Of a stretch of 57,516 nt of DNA, positions 38,109-48,441 are shown piece after piece (within the stretch, counting starts at the first letter, position 1; each line of letters begins with the position of its first letter). The notes under the pieces were generated by a model. It saw only the letters and a program-made list of their open reading frames with translations. It had not been told where the DNA came from and searched no databases. The stretch is from an uncultured Candidatus Berkelbacteria bacterium (GTDB lineage: Bacteria > Patescibacteriota > UBA1384 > XYA2-FULL-43-10 > CAINNR01), in NCBI GenBank assembly GCA_903851235.1, contig CAINNR010000008.1, positions 1 through 57,516 of the forward strand, read 5' to 3'. Both the position numbers and the translations under genes were made by a program.

Positions 38109-40919
38109 TCAAAGTGTTGTCTTGAAGGTGTAATCATTAGAACTGACGATGTCGTTGTTGGAATCAATGGAAACAACGCGGAAATGATAGGTTGTGTTTG
38201 GGGTTAGGGCGGTTAGACCGGCTGAATGATTAGTTGATAGTGCCGGATTTTTTGAAGTCGACAAAACATAATCGTTGTAATTGTCATGGGAAATTGTATC
38301 GTAGAAAACTTGACTTGTTCCACCGGAAGAAGTGACCCAAGCGACTGTCGCGCCGGAACTTGAGATGCTACCGGTGGAGACACCGGAGATTGTAAAATCA
38401 CTGTTGACAGAGAAAAAGGAAACTTCATGGGAGTCGGTTGTGCCGTTGACTCCGGTAGCGACGACCTTCAACACATGCCGGCCGGAAGCAACGGTGTTAA
38501 AATCGAAAGTTACCGAATATGGTGAGCTGCTATCGGACCCAACCGAAACATCATCAATAAAAAACTCAACTTTTTGTGTGTCTGCCGGCGCCAGAGTTGA
38601 TGCAGTTAGGGCTGTACTGCCACTGACAGTTTGATCCGCAGTCGGTGAATTGATTGAAACTACGATACTTGGACCGATGTCGCATGTACCGGCCGGTTGC
38701 GGGTTGTACAACCCGGCAGCGACTGCCCAGGCATGAACCGGACCCTCCCAAGCCGAATTATCCGGTCGCTCCGAGTGGACATTGGAGAAAATTTTTGTGT
38801 CAACCAAACTGTCCGGTGTACCGTCCGGTGCGACCAGGCCGTTGGATTTGCAAACTCGAACGACGACATTGACATCATCAGGTTTTGTCGGCAGCTGCCA
38901 TGAGGCGAAAATGTCGGTTGTGGTTTCTTTCGAATAGGCGGTCGGCAATTTGCTTGAGTATTTTTCGACCGTTACGGTTTGGATTCCAGCCGGGGCGACA
39001 AATTGATCTACCGGCTTACCGGCCATTTCCGTCGCCATAAATTGATGGAATATCGGAGCGGCAACAACCACACCATCAGCACCGGAGGACATTGGATGGT
39101 TATCATCATTACCAACCCAAACACCAACGGCCAGCGTTGGAGTATATCCGATTGTCCAGGCATCGCGAAAGTCGGTTGTTGTTCCGGTTTTGGCGGCGAC
39201 CGGTCGGTCAGTAAATTTCAACGCCGTGTTGGTACCGAAAACCATTGATCTTGAATTATTATCACTCATAATATTTTGCATTTCGTAGGCGATTTGCGGG
39301 TCAATTGCTTGTTTGCCTTTATCATCCACCGGTTTGTATTCGTAGACTGTTTTGCCACCACTATCAACAACCTTCAGCATGGTGTGAATGTCGTGATGGT
39401 TACCGTTGTTGGCGAAGGTTGCAAAACCGTTGGTGTGCTCTAAAAGTGATACTTCACCGACGCCAAGACCCAACGAGTCGCCATAACGATCCGGCTGATT
39501 AAGCGAGGTGATACCCATGTCGGAAGCGGTGGTTAAAATATTGTTGATGCCGATCAGGTCGGTGGTTTTGACCGCCGGAATATTTAGCGAATTGGCAATT
39601 GCTTGACGAATTGTTATCGGTCCGCGATTTTTTCCATCGTAATCATGCGGTGTGTAATTACCGCCGAAAGTTGTTGTCAGATCGAACAAGACCCTACTGG
39701 GTGAAAAATCGCTTCGTTTGAATGCGGTGGCATAAACGTATGGTTTAAATGACGACCCCGGCTGTCGGAGTGCAGTGGCGACATTAAAGTTGCCTTCATT
39801 GGCGGTGTCAAAGAAATCTTTTGAGCCGTCCATCGCCAAAACTTCGCCGGTTTTCGGATCAATCGCCACCAATGCGCCGTTTGAACCGCCATATTTTGTC
39901 ACTTTCGCCATTCCGGCAGAAACCGATTGTTCGGCGACTTTTTGTTCGTTGTAATCCAGCGTTGTGTAAATTGATAAGCCTTCCTTTTCAACTCTCTGTT
40001 CGCCAAATTGTGTCGCAGCTTGTTCCAAAACATACATTGAAAAATGTGGCGCCAGTATTGACATTTTTCGCGGTTGAACAATCGTTCCAACGGTTGTCGT
40101 ATCCTCTTTTTTCGCCGCATCAGCCTGATCTTTGGTGATGTATTTCATTTTGACCATTTGATCGAGAACGTAATTTCGGCGAATTATCAATTTGTCGGTG
40201 TGAGTGCCGTAAGGCGAATAGTATGTCGGTGCCTGCGGGATTGCCGCCATTGTCGCCGATTGGGCCAGGTCTAAATCTTTGGCCGATTTGTTATAGTACA
40301 TCTGCGATGCCGCTTCGACTCCGGCCGCTTGGCCGCCGTAAGGAATTTCATTCAGATACATGGTGAGTATTTGGTCTTTGGAATACATAAACTCCAATTC
40401 GATCGAAAGAATCGCTTCTTTGATTTTTCTTGAGATTGTCTGATTGGAGTAAAGTAAAGCGTTTTTGACATATTGCTGAGTAATCGTCGAACCACCCTGT
40501 GTTCCCGTACCGATATGGAAGATGTCGCGAATCGCCGCTCTGGCAATGCCTTTAAAGTTGATACCATGATTTTGATAGAACGATTGATCCTCAACCGAAA
40601 CGGTTGCATCTTTAATATTTTGCGGAATTTGATCTGAGGTAACCAGAGTACGCTTCAAATCACCGGTTTCGTAGAGCAAAAGACTGTTCCGATCATAAAT
40701 TTTTGTCGATTGAGACGGTTGCATCTGGGCGATTTTTGCCGGTGTCGGCAAATCCTTGGCATACCAAGCGAAAACAATTGAAATTGACAACAAAACCGCC
40801 AAGAGTGTAAAGCCCAAAACTTTAAACAGCCTTTTTTTATCAAGCGGTTTGCGTTTTTTCGGCTTGCCTGACTTCGAACGCAAGCTCAACGGGTTTTTGA
40901 ATCCGAATTTTATTGCCAT
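38109..40919 (-). CDS. Class A penicillin-binding protein with C-terminal Ig-like and FN3-like domains
   Basis: EDQSFYQNHG and GGSTITQQY transglycosylase motifs; QPGSSFKP, SLN, KTGT transpeptidase motifs; TYHFRVVS C-terminus. Confidence 0.93.
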   Translation of the reverse strand: MAIKFGFKNPLSLRSKSGKPKKRKPLDKKRLFKVLGFTLLAVLLSISIVFAWYAKDLPTPAKIAQMQPSQSTKIYDRNSLLLYETGDLKRTLVTSDQIPQNIKDATVSVEDQSFYQNHGINFKGIARAAIRDIFHIGTGTQGGSTITQQYVKNALLYSNQTISRKIKEAILSIELEFMYSKDQILTMYLNEIPYGGQAAGVEAASQMYYNKSAKDLDLAQSATMAAIPQAPTYYSPYGTHTDKLIIRRNYVLDQMVKMKYITKDQADAAKKEDTTTVGTIVQPRKMSILAPHFSMYVLEQAATQFGEQRVEKEGLSIYTTLDYNEQKVAEQSVSAGMAKVTKYGGSNGALVAIDPKTGEVLAMDGSKDFFDTANEGNFNVATALRQPGSSFKPYVYATAFKRSDFSPSRVLFDLTTTFGGNYTPHDYDGKNRGPITIRQAIANSLNIPAVKTTDLIGINNILTTASDMGITSLNQPDRYGDSLGLGVGEVSLLEHTNGFATFANNGNHHDIHTMLKVVDSGGKTVYEYKPVDDKGKQAIDPQIAYEMQNIMSDNNSRSMVFGTNTALKFTDRPVAAKTGTTTDFRDAWTIGYTPTLAVGVWVGNDDNHPMSSGADGVVVAAPIFHQFMATEMAGKPVDQFVAPAGIQTVTVEKYSSKLPTAYSKETTTDIFASWQLPTKPDDVNVVVRVCKSNGLVAPDGTPDSLVDTKIFSNVHSERPDNSAWEGPVHAWAVAAGLYNPQPAGTCDIGPSIVVSINSPTADQTVSGSTALTASTLAPADTQKVEFFIDDVSVGSDSSSPYSVTFDFNTVASGRHVLKVVATGVNGTTDSHEVSFFSVNSDFTISGVSTGSISSSGATVAWVTSSGGTSQVFYDTISHDNYNDYVLSTSKNPALSTNHSAGLTALTPNTTYHFRVVSIDSNNDIVSSNDYTFKTTL

Positions 40920-41033
40920 ATTTTCCTCTTCTATTTACATTATAATCGTTTGTCAGTATGATGTAAAATAGTTAATTCTAAATTACTAAAGTCACAATAG
41001 TTTAGACTAAACCATCGAATATTGTCAAGGACT

Positions 41034-42713
41034 ATGGTAGAAGAAATAAAAAATCAATTCGAAGCGGCAATCAAATCTGCCGGATTCACTATCCCGTCAG
41101 ATTTTGAATTATCATCTCCACCAAGCGATCAACTTGGTGATTTTTCTACCTCGGTTGCACTTTCAATCGGATCGAAGTCCAGCAAAAATCCCAAGGAAAT
41201 CGCCGAGAAAATTATCAAGCATCTGAAATCCGATCAAATAAAAAGTTCGGAAATTGCCGGTCCTGGATTTATTAATATCAAACTTGCCGATTCGTTTTTC
41301 CAGAAATATTTGGCTTCGGTTCTTGCCAGCGGCGCCGATTTTGGTAAAAGTCAAGTTGGTAAAGGTCAGAGGGTTTTAGTTGAATTTATCTCCGCCAACC
41401 CGACCGGTCCGCTGCATATCGGAAATGCTCGCGGCGGCCCGATTGGCGAAGTAATCTCTAATGCTTTTTCCTGGCTTGGATATCATGTGGAAAAAGAATT
41501 CTATGTCAATGATAGCGGAAATCAAATTCAGAAGTTTGCCCAAACTTTGGCCTACTATTATACAATCAAATCCGATCCGAAATTTCATTTTCCCGAGGCC
41601 GGTTATCCGGGTGATTTTCTCAAAGAGCTGTCAGAAGAGATTCAGCATGAATACAAAAAGGAGTTGTTGGAACTCCGCGATGACAAACTTTCGGATTTTT
41701 TTGCAAGAGTGGGACTGGAAAAAACCATTCGCCGAATTAAAGAAGATATCGCTGCCCTGGGAATCACATTCGATCGTTTTGTCTATGAAAGCGATTTTCT
41801 AAACTCCGGTAAAAGTATGGAGATTGTGGAGAAACTGAAAACTGATGGTCATACCAATGTTCGCGAAGGCGCGCTCTGGTTTACATCCAATGACTTGGAT
41901 CCGAACGATCGCGAAACGGTACTTTTGCGCTCTGATGTCAATAAAACTCCGACATACTTCGCATCCGATATCGCTTATCACAAAGATAAATTCGACAGAG
42001 GAAATGAAATCCTAATTGATATTTGGGGCCCTGGTCATCACGGACACATTCCTAGGGTGAAAAGTGCGATGAAAATTTTGGGTTATGATGAAAACAAATT
42101 GCACATTTTTCTCTATCAGAATGTTAAATTGAAAAAAAACGGGGAAGCGGTACAAATGGGGAAACGGCTGGGAAATTTTATTAACATTGCTGATTTAATT
42201 ACCAAATTGAGCGTTCCGGCCGATGTCTTTAAATACATGATAATTTCTCAATCGCCATCATCGATTATCGATTTTGATTTGGAGCTGGCCCTGGAGCAAT
42301 CGGAAAAAAATCCGGTCTACTACTTACAATACGCCTATGCCAGAATCTGCAGTATACTGCGAAAAGTTCCGACAAAAGAGCAAGAGGCGCTGGAAAAAAT
42401 CGCCAACGGGCAGGGGAGTATCAAACCATCAGACCTGGAGAATCTTAAAGACAAAAAAGAGATTATTCTAATCAAAACTTTGGGAGAATTTTCCACCGCC
42501 ATTGAAAAGGTGACCGATGATTTTCAGGTTCAGGCGCTCCCCAACTTTACAGCCGAAGTTGCCAGAGCGTATCACAATTTTTATACTAACTGTCAGGTAC
42601 TGTCAGATGACAAAAAGTTAACTCGCTCTCGCCTGCTTTTGATTTTGGCCACCAGAAATGTGCTAAAAATTTCCCTAACGCTGATGGGAATCAGCGCACC
42701 GGAGAAGATGTAG
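41034..42713 (+). CDS. argS: Arginine--tRNA ligase
   Basis: EFISANPTGPLHIGNARG, MGKR, YLQYAYARICSI, APEKM. Confidence 0.97.
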   Translation: MVEEIKNQFEAAIKSAGFTIPSDFELSSPPSDQLGDFSTSVALSIGSKSSKNPKEIAEKIIKHLKSDQIKSSEIAGPGFINIKLADSFFQKYLASVLASGADFGKSQVGKGQRVLVEFISANPTGPLHIGNARGGPIGEVISNAFSWLGYHVEKEFYVNDSGNQIQKFAQTLAYYYTIKSDPKFHFPEAGYPGDFLKELSEEIQHEYKKELLELRDDKLSDFFARVGLEKTIRRIKEDIAALGITFDRFVYESDFLNSGKSMEIVEKLKTDGHTNVREGALWFTSNDLDPNDRETVLLRSDVNKTPTYFASDIAYHKDKFDRGNEILIDIWGPGHHGHIPRVKSAMKILGYDENKLHIFLYQNVKLKKNGEAVQMGKRLGNFINIADLITKLSVPADVFKYMIISQSPSSIIDFDLELALEQSEKNPVYYLQYAYARICSILRKVPTKEQEALEKIANGQGSIKPSDLENLKDKKEIILIKTLGEFSTAIEKVTDDFQVQALPNFTAEVARAYHNFYTNCQVLSDDKKLTRSRLLLILATRNVLKISLTLMGISAPEKM

Positions 42714-42765
42714 CTCTCCGACAAAAAAAGCAGCCCAAGTGGGCTGCACGGTGAAATTCAAATAA

Positions 42766-43209
42766 CTAACTGAAGGTCAGGCATTCTGTCAGGTTAATGC
42801 CGCCTTTTTCGATTGCCAGTTGATTTAACTCCTCCATGTCCTCGGGTTTTATCAGACCATTCTGAAGATATTCTTGTCTAAAGTCAGACAAAAGTCGGGG
42901 TTGGTCCTCCCCTTCAAAGTGGATGGCTGCAACGATGACGATATGAGACGCATGTTTTTCAGCATGCGGGATAGTTCCGATAAATACATGTTTGACTGCG
43001 TAATGATGCCAACTACCTTGATTTTCAAAGTCACTACCAGGCCCGATGTCAGGAAGATAGGGCAATCGGTCGGCCGCGACATCTATTCCGGTCCAAAACC
43101 AAATCTCATTCGGATCGCCGTTTCCGGCGTCATAGGCAATCAATCTGGCAAAACCGTCTGCCACTCCTCGAAAACCAACTGGTTTGATACCAGTCAGATA
43201 TTTATACAT
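42766..43209 (-). CDS. Hypothetical protein
   Basis: 147-aa ORF with GGAG RBS; GCAGCCC hairpin terminator at ~42722-42748. Confidence 0.7.
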   Translation of the reverse strand: MYKYLTGIKPVGFRGVADGFARLIAYDAGNGDPNEIWFWTGIDVAADRLPYLPDIGPGSDFENQGSWHHYAVKHVFIGTIPHAEKHASHIVIVAAIHFEGEDQPRLLSDFRQEYLQNGLIKPEDMEELNQLAIEKGGINLTECLTFS

Positions 43210-43311
43210 CTTGGCATCATCTCCGTTTCGCAGGTTGTGTCGTCTCTATCTTTTTGTACCGCAAAATCAATGGGAAGTCAAGACATCTTGGCTATGTGAA
43301 GGCCCGTCGGC

Positions 43312-45453
43312 TTAAATATCCAACTCGAAAACTTTGGTTCCGGAGATCAGCCAAAGTTTTTTTAATTTTTCATTAACGGCAAAAGTTGTTAGCGCTAAAT
43401 TGCTGTCCATAACAAACTGTTTTTGATAGACGCCGAGTTTCGTAAATTGTAGGACTCGATTAGCGGCGCTGTCGACAATATAAATTGAATTTGAACTTTG
43501 ATCGGTAAATATCTTTTTCGGAGAGGTAATTTTCGAATCCGGTGTTGGAAGCGCTGAAAGGGCAAAAGTGCTGTCCTCAACCGATTTGGCAATTTTTATC
43601 GCTGAGCCGTCGTTTTTTAATACAAAGACATTGCCGTCAACCGCCAGGTCGAGACTATCTTTCAAGGAAACCGCTTGTTTTGTGACATACAGGGAGCCTT
43701 TTGAGTAGCTGCCGGCGGAAAGTGTATGTTTCCAAATTTGACCATTGGTGCCGTCCAATAAATAGATATTTGATGAATAAGTCGCGATTGCACTTGACTT
43801 TTCCCAACTGCCACCGGTTACGACGACAGGGGTGGAGATTGATTTTGAACTGATATCGAGCTTTGCGACTGCCGGCAAATCAGTTAATATCAACAGAGAA
43901 TTGTCACTGTCATTATATGTAGCGTCAACAACTTTCCCGAGTTTGTTATTAATTTGACCGTAACTTTCAGCGGTTTTTGCCCGGGTATCATATTCGGAAA
44001 TTTTGCCGTCGGCAGTGATCGAAAAGAGGCTGGCGCCAACGGCGTAAACAGCTGTCGAATTTGTCGAAAGTGAGAATGTCGGAGTGGAATTCCCGACGAT
44101 TCTGGTTGCCGAATTTAAACTATCCAACTTTGCTTGGATTTGGGCCAACAAATTTTTTGCTTCATCGGCTATCGCCGGAGTTCCGGTTGCTTTTGTCGCG
44201 GCATCACGGGCGGAGATTAATTCATCCTTGCCGGCGGATTTTTTCAAGCCCAAGTCATCCAAGGCTTTCGAATACATACTCCGGGCCGCGTCCAGACTGG
44301 TTAAGTTTTGGCTGGAAGTGGTAATATTCTGATTTTTTTTGCTGTTGATTTGAATTTTGACGAAACCGATTATTAAAAGTATGACAACGATCGTTATATA
44401 AAGGTATTTTCTATTTTCCGGTTTTGTCAGCGCCTTGGCCCACAAAAGCAGGTTGGCGAAAAAATATTGCAGATATGACAGAAATCCCGAAGATTTCTTC
44501 GACCGCGAGTTAAAATGATTGATTTTCGGAACGCTGCCGAATCGCTCGGTTAGCGGTTGCAAGCTCTTGCCGGAGGAGTTTTTTATTCGGCCGCCAACAC
44601 TTTTGGCACCGGCGGAGATTTTCGGCTGAATTTGTTTGACCCAAAATTCAGCGAACTTTCTGGCCCCCCGGCCGCTGGCTTTTGCCCCAAAATCCAAGCC
44701 TTTAAAAAACAGTTTTGTGTAATGAATCGGCGCTGAATCGGGAATATCATCCAAGAGAATAATTTCCGGTTTGTCATCATCTATTTGATCAGATTTCCCA
44801 TCGGCTAAATCGAAAATCATCAAATTTACGTCCTTTATTTTTGATCGGCGCAAATTTTTAGTAATTTCAGCAATCACTTCCCGGTAGTTCAGTGTGCCAA
44901 ACATTTGTCTCAGGCGATCAAGCGACAGATGAGAATAAAGCTGACTATTGGCGATTATCACTTTATCGTCGGCGGCGACACTGCCGTCAATTATCGAAAT
45001 AAAAGTTTTTAACGGATGGACTTCATCGCCATCAACCGGCTTTTCGGTTATATGAGAAATTTTATTGCCACGGAACAGATAGCCGGAAATATTGCCGGTT
45101 TGGGAAAAAACCAACTCGTTATCGGAGATTAAACCGACAATGGCGTTTAATTTACCGACCCATTCGTGTTCGCCGGACTGTGACAGCTCACCGAGTGCGG
45201 CATTGATCTTTTTAATTACAACTTCAAAGCTCTCGGTTTTATCACCGTCGCCCTGCCAATCATCACCGAGTGTTCTGACAATGGCATTTTTAATTTTTTC
45301 GCCATCAACCCAAGGTGTATCAATTTCAATCAAATAAAAAAATCTGTCCTGTGAGTCCGCAGGTTCGATTGTTCCAACAAAGAGAAATCGCTCCTTGTGC
45401 TTTCCCTTGGTCGCAATTTGCCCAATTCTAGCTACAAGATTTTTATCTGACAT
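43312..45453 (-). CDS. Membrane protein: degenerate PP2C-like N-terminal domain, single TM, C-terminal beta-propeller
   Basis: LNAIVG...QTGNISGYLFR...DDKVIIANSQL...DVNLMIF PP2C-like pattern; TM YLYITIVVILLIIGFV; NHL-like repeats (SNIYLLD, GNVFVL, NSIYIVDSAANRVLQF). Confidence 0.7.
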   Translation of the reverse strand: MSDKNLVARIGQIATKGKHKERFLFVGTIEPADSQDRFFYLIEIDTPWVDGEKIKNAIVRTLGDDWQGDGDKTESFEVVIKKINAALGELSQSGEHEWVGKLNAIVGLISDNELVFSQTGNISGYLFRGNKISHITEKPVDGDEVHPLKTFISIIDGSVAADDKVIIANSQLYSHLSLDRLRQMFGTLNYREVIAEITKNLRRSKIKDVNLMIFDLADGKSDQIDDDKPEIILLDDIPDSAPIHYTKLFFKGLDFGAKASGRGARKFAEFWVKQIQPKISAGAKSVGGRIKNSSGKSLQPLTERFGSVPKINHFNSRSKKSSGFLSYLQYFFANLLLWAKALTKPENRKYLYITIVVILLIIGFVKIQINSKKNQNITTSSQNLTSLDAARSMYSKALDDLGLKKSAGKDELISARDAATKATGTPAIADEAKNLLAQIQAKLDSLNSATRIVGNSTPTFSLSTNSTAVYAVGASLFSITADGKISEYDTRAKTAESYGQINNKLGKVVDATYNDSDNSLLILTDLPAVAKLDISSKSISTPVVVTGGSWEKSSAIATYSSNIYLLDGTNGQIWKHTLSAGSYSKGSLYVTKQAVSLKDSLDLAVDGNVFVLKNDGSAIKIAKSVEDSTFALSALPTPDSKITSPKKIFTDQSSNSIYIVDSAANRVLQFTKLGVYQKQFVMDSNLALTTFAVNEKLKKLWLISGTKVFELDI

Positions 45454-45613
45454 TTCCGTATTATTTTTCCTATTCGTATTTTTGTAGGAGTTATGTCTAT
45501 ATTCTAGCAGATTTTTTCAAAATCAAGCAAGAGAAGGAAAAAAAATTGCAATTTATCGGAGTTTTGATACTATAAAAGCGAAGGTCCGACATCAAGCCAT
45601 AAGGAGCGATGAA

Positions 45614-45865
45614 ATGGCACCCAAGCTGAGGAAGCTGAATCCATTCGTCGAACTCTTGATTGGAGCTTTTCTGATATGCGTTGGGTTGCTTTTGATGGGC
45701 AATAACTGGAAAGGAACTCTCTGCGAGTTTGGATCGGCAATCGGTTTGGTTGTTGGTTTAGCTGGTTTATTTTTCATCAGCTGTCTTGTCAAAGATTGGT
45801 TCTTTGAATATCGGCGCCGGCGCGACTATACCGCTGGCAAAACAACTTCTCGACCAAACGAATAG
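45614..45865 (+). CDS. Small two-TM hypothetical protein
   Basis: AAGGAG RBS; two hydrophobic helices. Confidence 0.7.
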   Translation: MAPKLRKLNPFVELLIGAFLICVGLLLMGNNWKGTLCEFGSAIGLVVGLAGLFFISCLVKDWFFEYRRRRDYTAGKTTSRPNE

Positions 45866-45872
45866 CTTCTTC

Positions 45873-45897
45873 GCGGCGGTTGCAACTAACCACCGCT
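45873..45897. terminator. Hairpin plus T-tract; reverse-complement copy of the AGCGGTG motif
   Basis: GCGGCGGTT-GCAACT-AACCACCGCT. Confidence 0.65.
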
Positions 45898-45987
45898 TTT
45901 TTCATATCAGCCGAAAAATCTTGAAAAATTTCAGCCAATCTGATATAAATTAGTCACGCCGACAACACGCGCAGGGAGAGATGATGG

Positions 45988-46383
45988 ATGGAAGAGACAC
46001 TTCGGATTTTGCTTTTTGGTTGCCATTCGATTTTGGTTCCCCGTCAGATTGCTGGCATTAATACCGAGGTTCAAGGTAGTGACAAAGATTGGTCGGGTTC
46101 AGACGCCAAATACACTTTCCCACCGAGCGAGCGCACATTATTGCCGGTCCTAACCGATAACTTTGATTTCGGAGTCATCGGCAACAATGCGGGGCTTGGT
46201 GTTCTAAAGGCCCAGTTGGTGCCAACCGGATTGCGGTATAAGTTTATTATCGTTTGGAACGTTTGTCCGGGCAACAATGAAGGACTCTACACTTTGCTCG
46301 GTTATCAACACTTTAGCGCCAGAGAAGGATTGAGCCATAAGCTCGAGGAACTTTGGGCGGAAAGACAATTAAATTCGAGTTAG
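45988..46383 (+). CDS. Hypothetical protein
   Basis: TTGAAA-N17-TATAAA promoter (45921-45949), AGGGAG RBS. Confidence 0.7.
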   Translation: MEETLRILLFGCHSILVPRQIAGINTEVQGSDKDWSGSDAKYTFPPSERTLLPVLTDNFDFGVIGNNAGLGVLKAQLVPTGLRYKFIIVWNVCPGNNEGLYTLLGYQHFSAREGLSHKLEELWAERQLNSS

Positions 46384-46400
46384 TTTTATCATTTTTCCCA

Positions 46401-46431
46401 AGCGGTGGCCGAAGTTGGTCGCCGTTTTTTT
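46401..46431 (+). terminator. AGCGGTGGCC-loop-GGTCGCCGT hairpin plus T-tract
   Basis: Shared motif with 47466, 47917 and 48442. Confidence 0.75.
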
Positions 46432-46534
46432 ATAACACCTGGAAAATCATCCGAAAAACATTGACAGTGCCAGAATATTCTGTCACAATGTTGGTGAGAT
46501 CTCGACTCATCCAGAGGAAAGGCAGGTGTTGGGG

Positions 46535-47467
46535 ATGCGAGTTAGTGTCGACGATCACCATGCTCGTTTGGATAGATGCAAGGATTTGATCGGGAAGGGA
46601 TCAACTAAAGAAGAAATTGCCTTAGATTTGGGCGTTCGCCTTGGTACGATAAGGGACTACATCAGGACATTGGGGATGAAAGTTGCCAGTGTGCCAACTC
46701 GCAAAAAGCCGGTTAGATGCAAGACGGCTAGACGATTGAAGTTAGAGGAAGCAATCATTGCCGGGATTGATGCCAATCTGACTTTGAATGCGATCGGTCT
46801 GCTCCTTGACATCAGCCGCGAAAGAGTTAGACAGATAGTTGATGAGATGAAAGAAGAGGGAATTCTCTCAGCTGATTTTACCAATGCGGTTACCGCCTAC
46901 GAAGCTGCTAGAAGATCAGGTCTGTCCCATGACAAAGTCTATGATGCTTGTAAATATGGGCTGGTCAAATGTTTCAAGGCCTATGGTGGAAAGGGTGTAC
47001 TTTATCGGATCTTACCATCAGAACTTGAAAGTCTTGCCTTGGCTGTTGAGCTGCTAAACCAAAAGTGCTGTCCGGTTTGCCGGAAGTATTTTCATCCTGT
47101 GCCGAAATCGGGATACAGGGGATGTTGTTCCTCTATTTGTTCCAATCAAAGATACAAGGAAGTTCGGAAAGCTGAAAAGAGGAAAGGGATCTGTAATCCC
47201 AACTGCTTGGCGATGAAAATCAAGGCGAAATTGCCTAAACCCGACGGGTCCTGGTTGAGTCTGGCTGAAGCAGTGGCCAAATACAATGTGACCGATATAC
47301 GGTTTAGACATTTGGCTGACAATGGTGTTCTCGCTACCAGAGATCATCCGACAAAGATTTCGAAAGGGAAACCGGTAAAGCAAGTTTCTGGCAATCAAGC
47401 CGAATTTATCAGCCAAGTTTACCACGGGGAGATCGATTTGGAGCAATTGCCAATTGCAACATTCTAG
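46535..47467 (+). CDS. Multi-HTH DNA-binding protein with zinc-finger-like module
   Basis: TTGACA-N17-CACAAT promoter (46461-46489); HTH-like segments TKEEIALDLGVRLGTI, TLNAIGLLLDISRERVRQI, TAYEAARRSGLSHDKV, LSLAEAVAKYNV; CPVC...CCSSIC. Confidence 0.75.
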   Translation: MRVSVDDHHARLDRCKDLIGKGSTKEEIALDLGVRLGTIRDYIRTLGMKVASVPTRKKPVRCKTARRLKLEEAIIAGIDANLTLNAIGLLLDISRERVRQIVDEMKEEGILSADFTNAVTAYEAARRSGLSHDKVYDACKYGLVKCFKAYGGKGVLYRILPSELESLALAVELLNQKCCPVCRKYFHPVPKSGYRGCCSSICSNQRYKEVRKAEKRKGICNPNCLAMKIKAKLPKPDGSWLSLAEAVAKYNVTDIRFRHLADNGVLATRDHPTKISKGKPVKQVSGNQAEFISQVYHGEIDLEQLPIATF

Positions 47468-47496
47468 CGGTGGCCGCCGTGGCCGCCGTTTTTTTT
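47466..47496 (+). terminator. AGCGGTGGCC-loop-GGCCGCCGT hairpin plus T-tract
   Basis: Overlaps the TAG stop; shared motif. Confidence 0.75.
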
Positions 47497-47562
47497 AATC
47501 TTTACATTGGAGTATCTATTTGCTAATATCCAATTAGATAGAAGATAATCCTCCAAAGGAGC

Positions 47563-47934
47563 GTGGTTGACGTGGGTGCTTGTCACTCTCTTATTACGCT
47601 CGCCGGTGCAATTTCTGTCGCAAGATTACCGTTTGTCGAAATCATCAGATCCGCCATGCTAACTTTGCCGGCAATTACGACTGGTGATCCCGAATTGAAG
47701 AGAGCTGCACTTGAGTTTTTTGAGACCAGCGTTATGTTGTTTGCCTTGCAAACCGGTGAGCTGGGAACCGACATTGTCGATCAGCTCTTAGATGCAATCT
47801 CCGATTACGGAGAAAACAAAAATGCTGTTCTGGAGCGACTGTTGGGGCAAATCGTTCGCTGGGATCTTGCCAAAGGTATTGCGTTGTGTAGACTTTCGCA
47901 GTTTGGTTTGATTCAGAGCGGTGACTCATTGTGA
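47563..47934 (+). CDS. Hypothetical helical protein
   Basis: TTTACA-N17-TAATAT promoter (47501-47529), AAGGAG RBS. Confidence 0.65.
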   Translation: MVDVGACHSLITLAGAISVARLPFVEIIRSAMLTLPAITTGDPELKRAALEFFETSVMLFALQTGELGTDIVDQLLDAISDYGENKNAVLERLLGQIVRWDLAKGIALCRLSQFGLIQSGDSL

Positions 47935-47950
47935 GCCGCCGCATTTTTTT
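47917..47950 (+). terminator. AGCGGTGACTC-loop-GAGCCGCCGC hairpin plus T-tract
   Basis: Spans the stop codon; shared motif. Confidence 0.7.
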
Positions 47951-48033
47951 TAAAGCCCAAAAATATTGACATTGGTGATTTTTGTTGATAACTTTTCATT
48001 AGTCGTACGATGACTAGAAAAGGGGGCCGTGAA

Positions 48034-48393
48034 ATGTTCGACGGTTTCAGCGGGCTGCTTCATTATCTTGGGAAATACACTGGCAAATTATCGGAGAGCG
48101 ATCGGGTTGAATTGCGTCAGAAGATTCGGCTCTCAGCAATCTCTGCTCGGGACTATTTTCGCTTCAATTCCACAACCGCTGATATTTATTTTACTGCACT
48201 TGCAGAAGCTGCCAAAGAATTTGGCTTGGAATATGATCCGTTTGTCGAGGGGAAAATGGCTGCTGATTTGGCGCCGGTTAAGTTATTGGATCGGCTTACT
48301 GCCGGTCAGATCGGCTCAGTCTCTGACCCCGAAGTTGTCGGTTTGAAAAAATTCCTCCTAGAATATGCGAGACAAATTAATCTAGCTGGATAG
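48034..48393 (+). CDS. Hypothetical protein
   Basis: TTGACA at 47966, AAGGGGG RBS before MFDGF. Confidence 0.7.
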   Translation: MFDGFSGLLHYLGKYTGKLSESDRVELRQKIRLSAISARDYFRFNSTTADIYFTALAEAAKEFGLEYDPFVEGKMAADLAPVKLLDRLTAGQIGSVSDPEVVGLKKFLLEYARQINLAG

Positions 48394-48441
48394 TAAGATC
48401 TCGCTAGAGACTGTCTGAAATCAGAGAGTTACAATTAGCCA

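Noticed and set aside
46508-46526. SAM-I riboswitch (ATCCAGAG)
   Set aside because: The rest of the S-box consensus is absent; the sequence is explained as the RBS region
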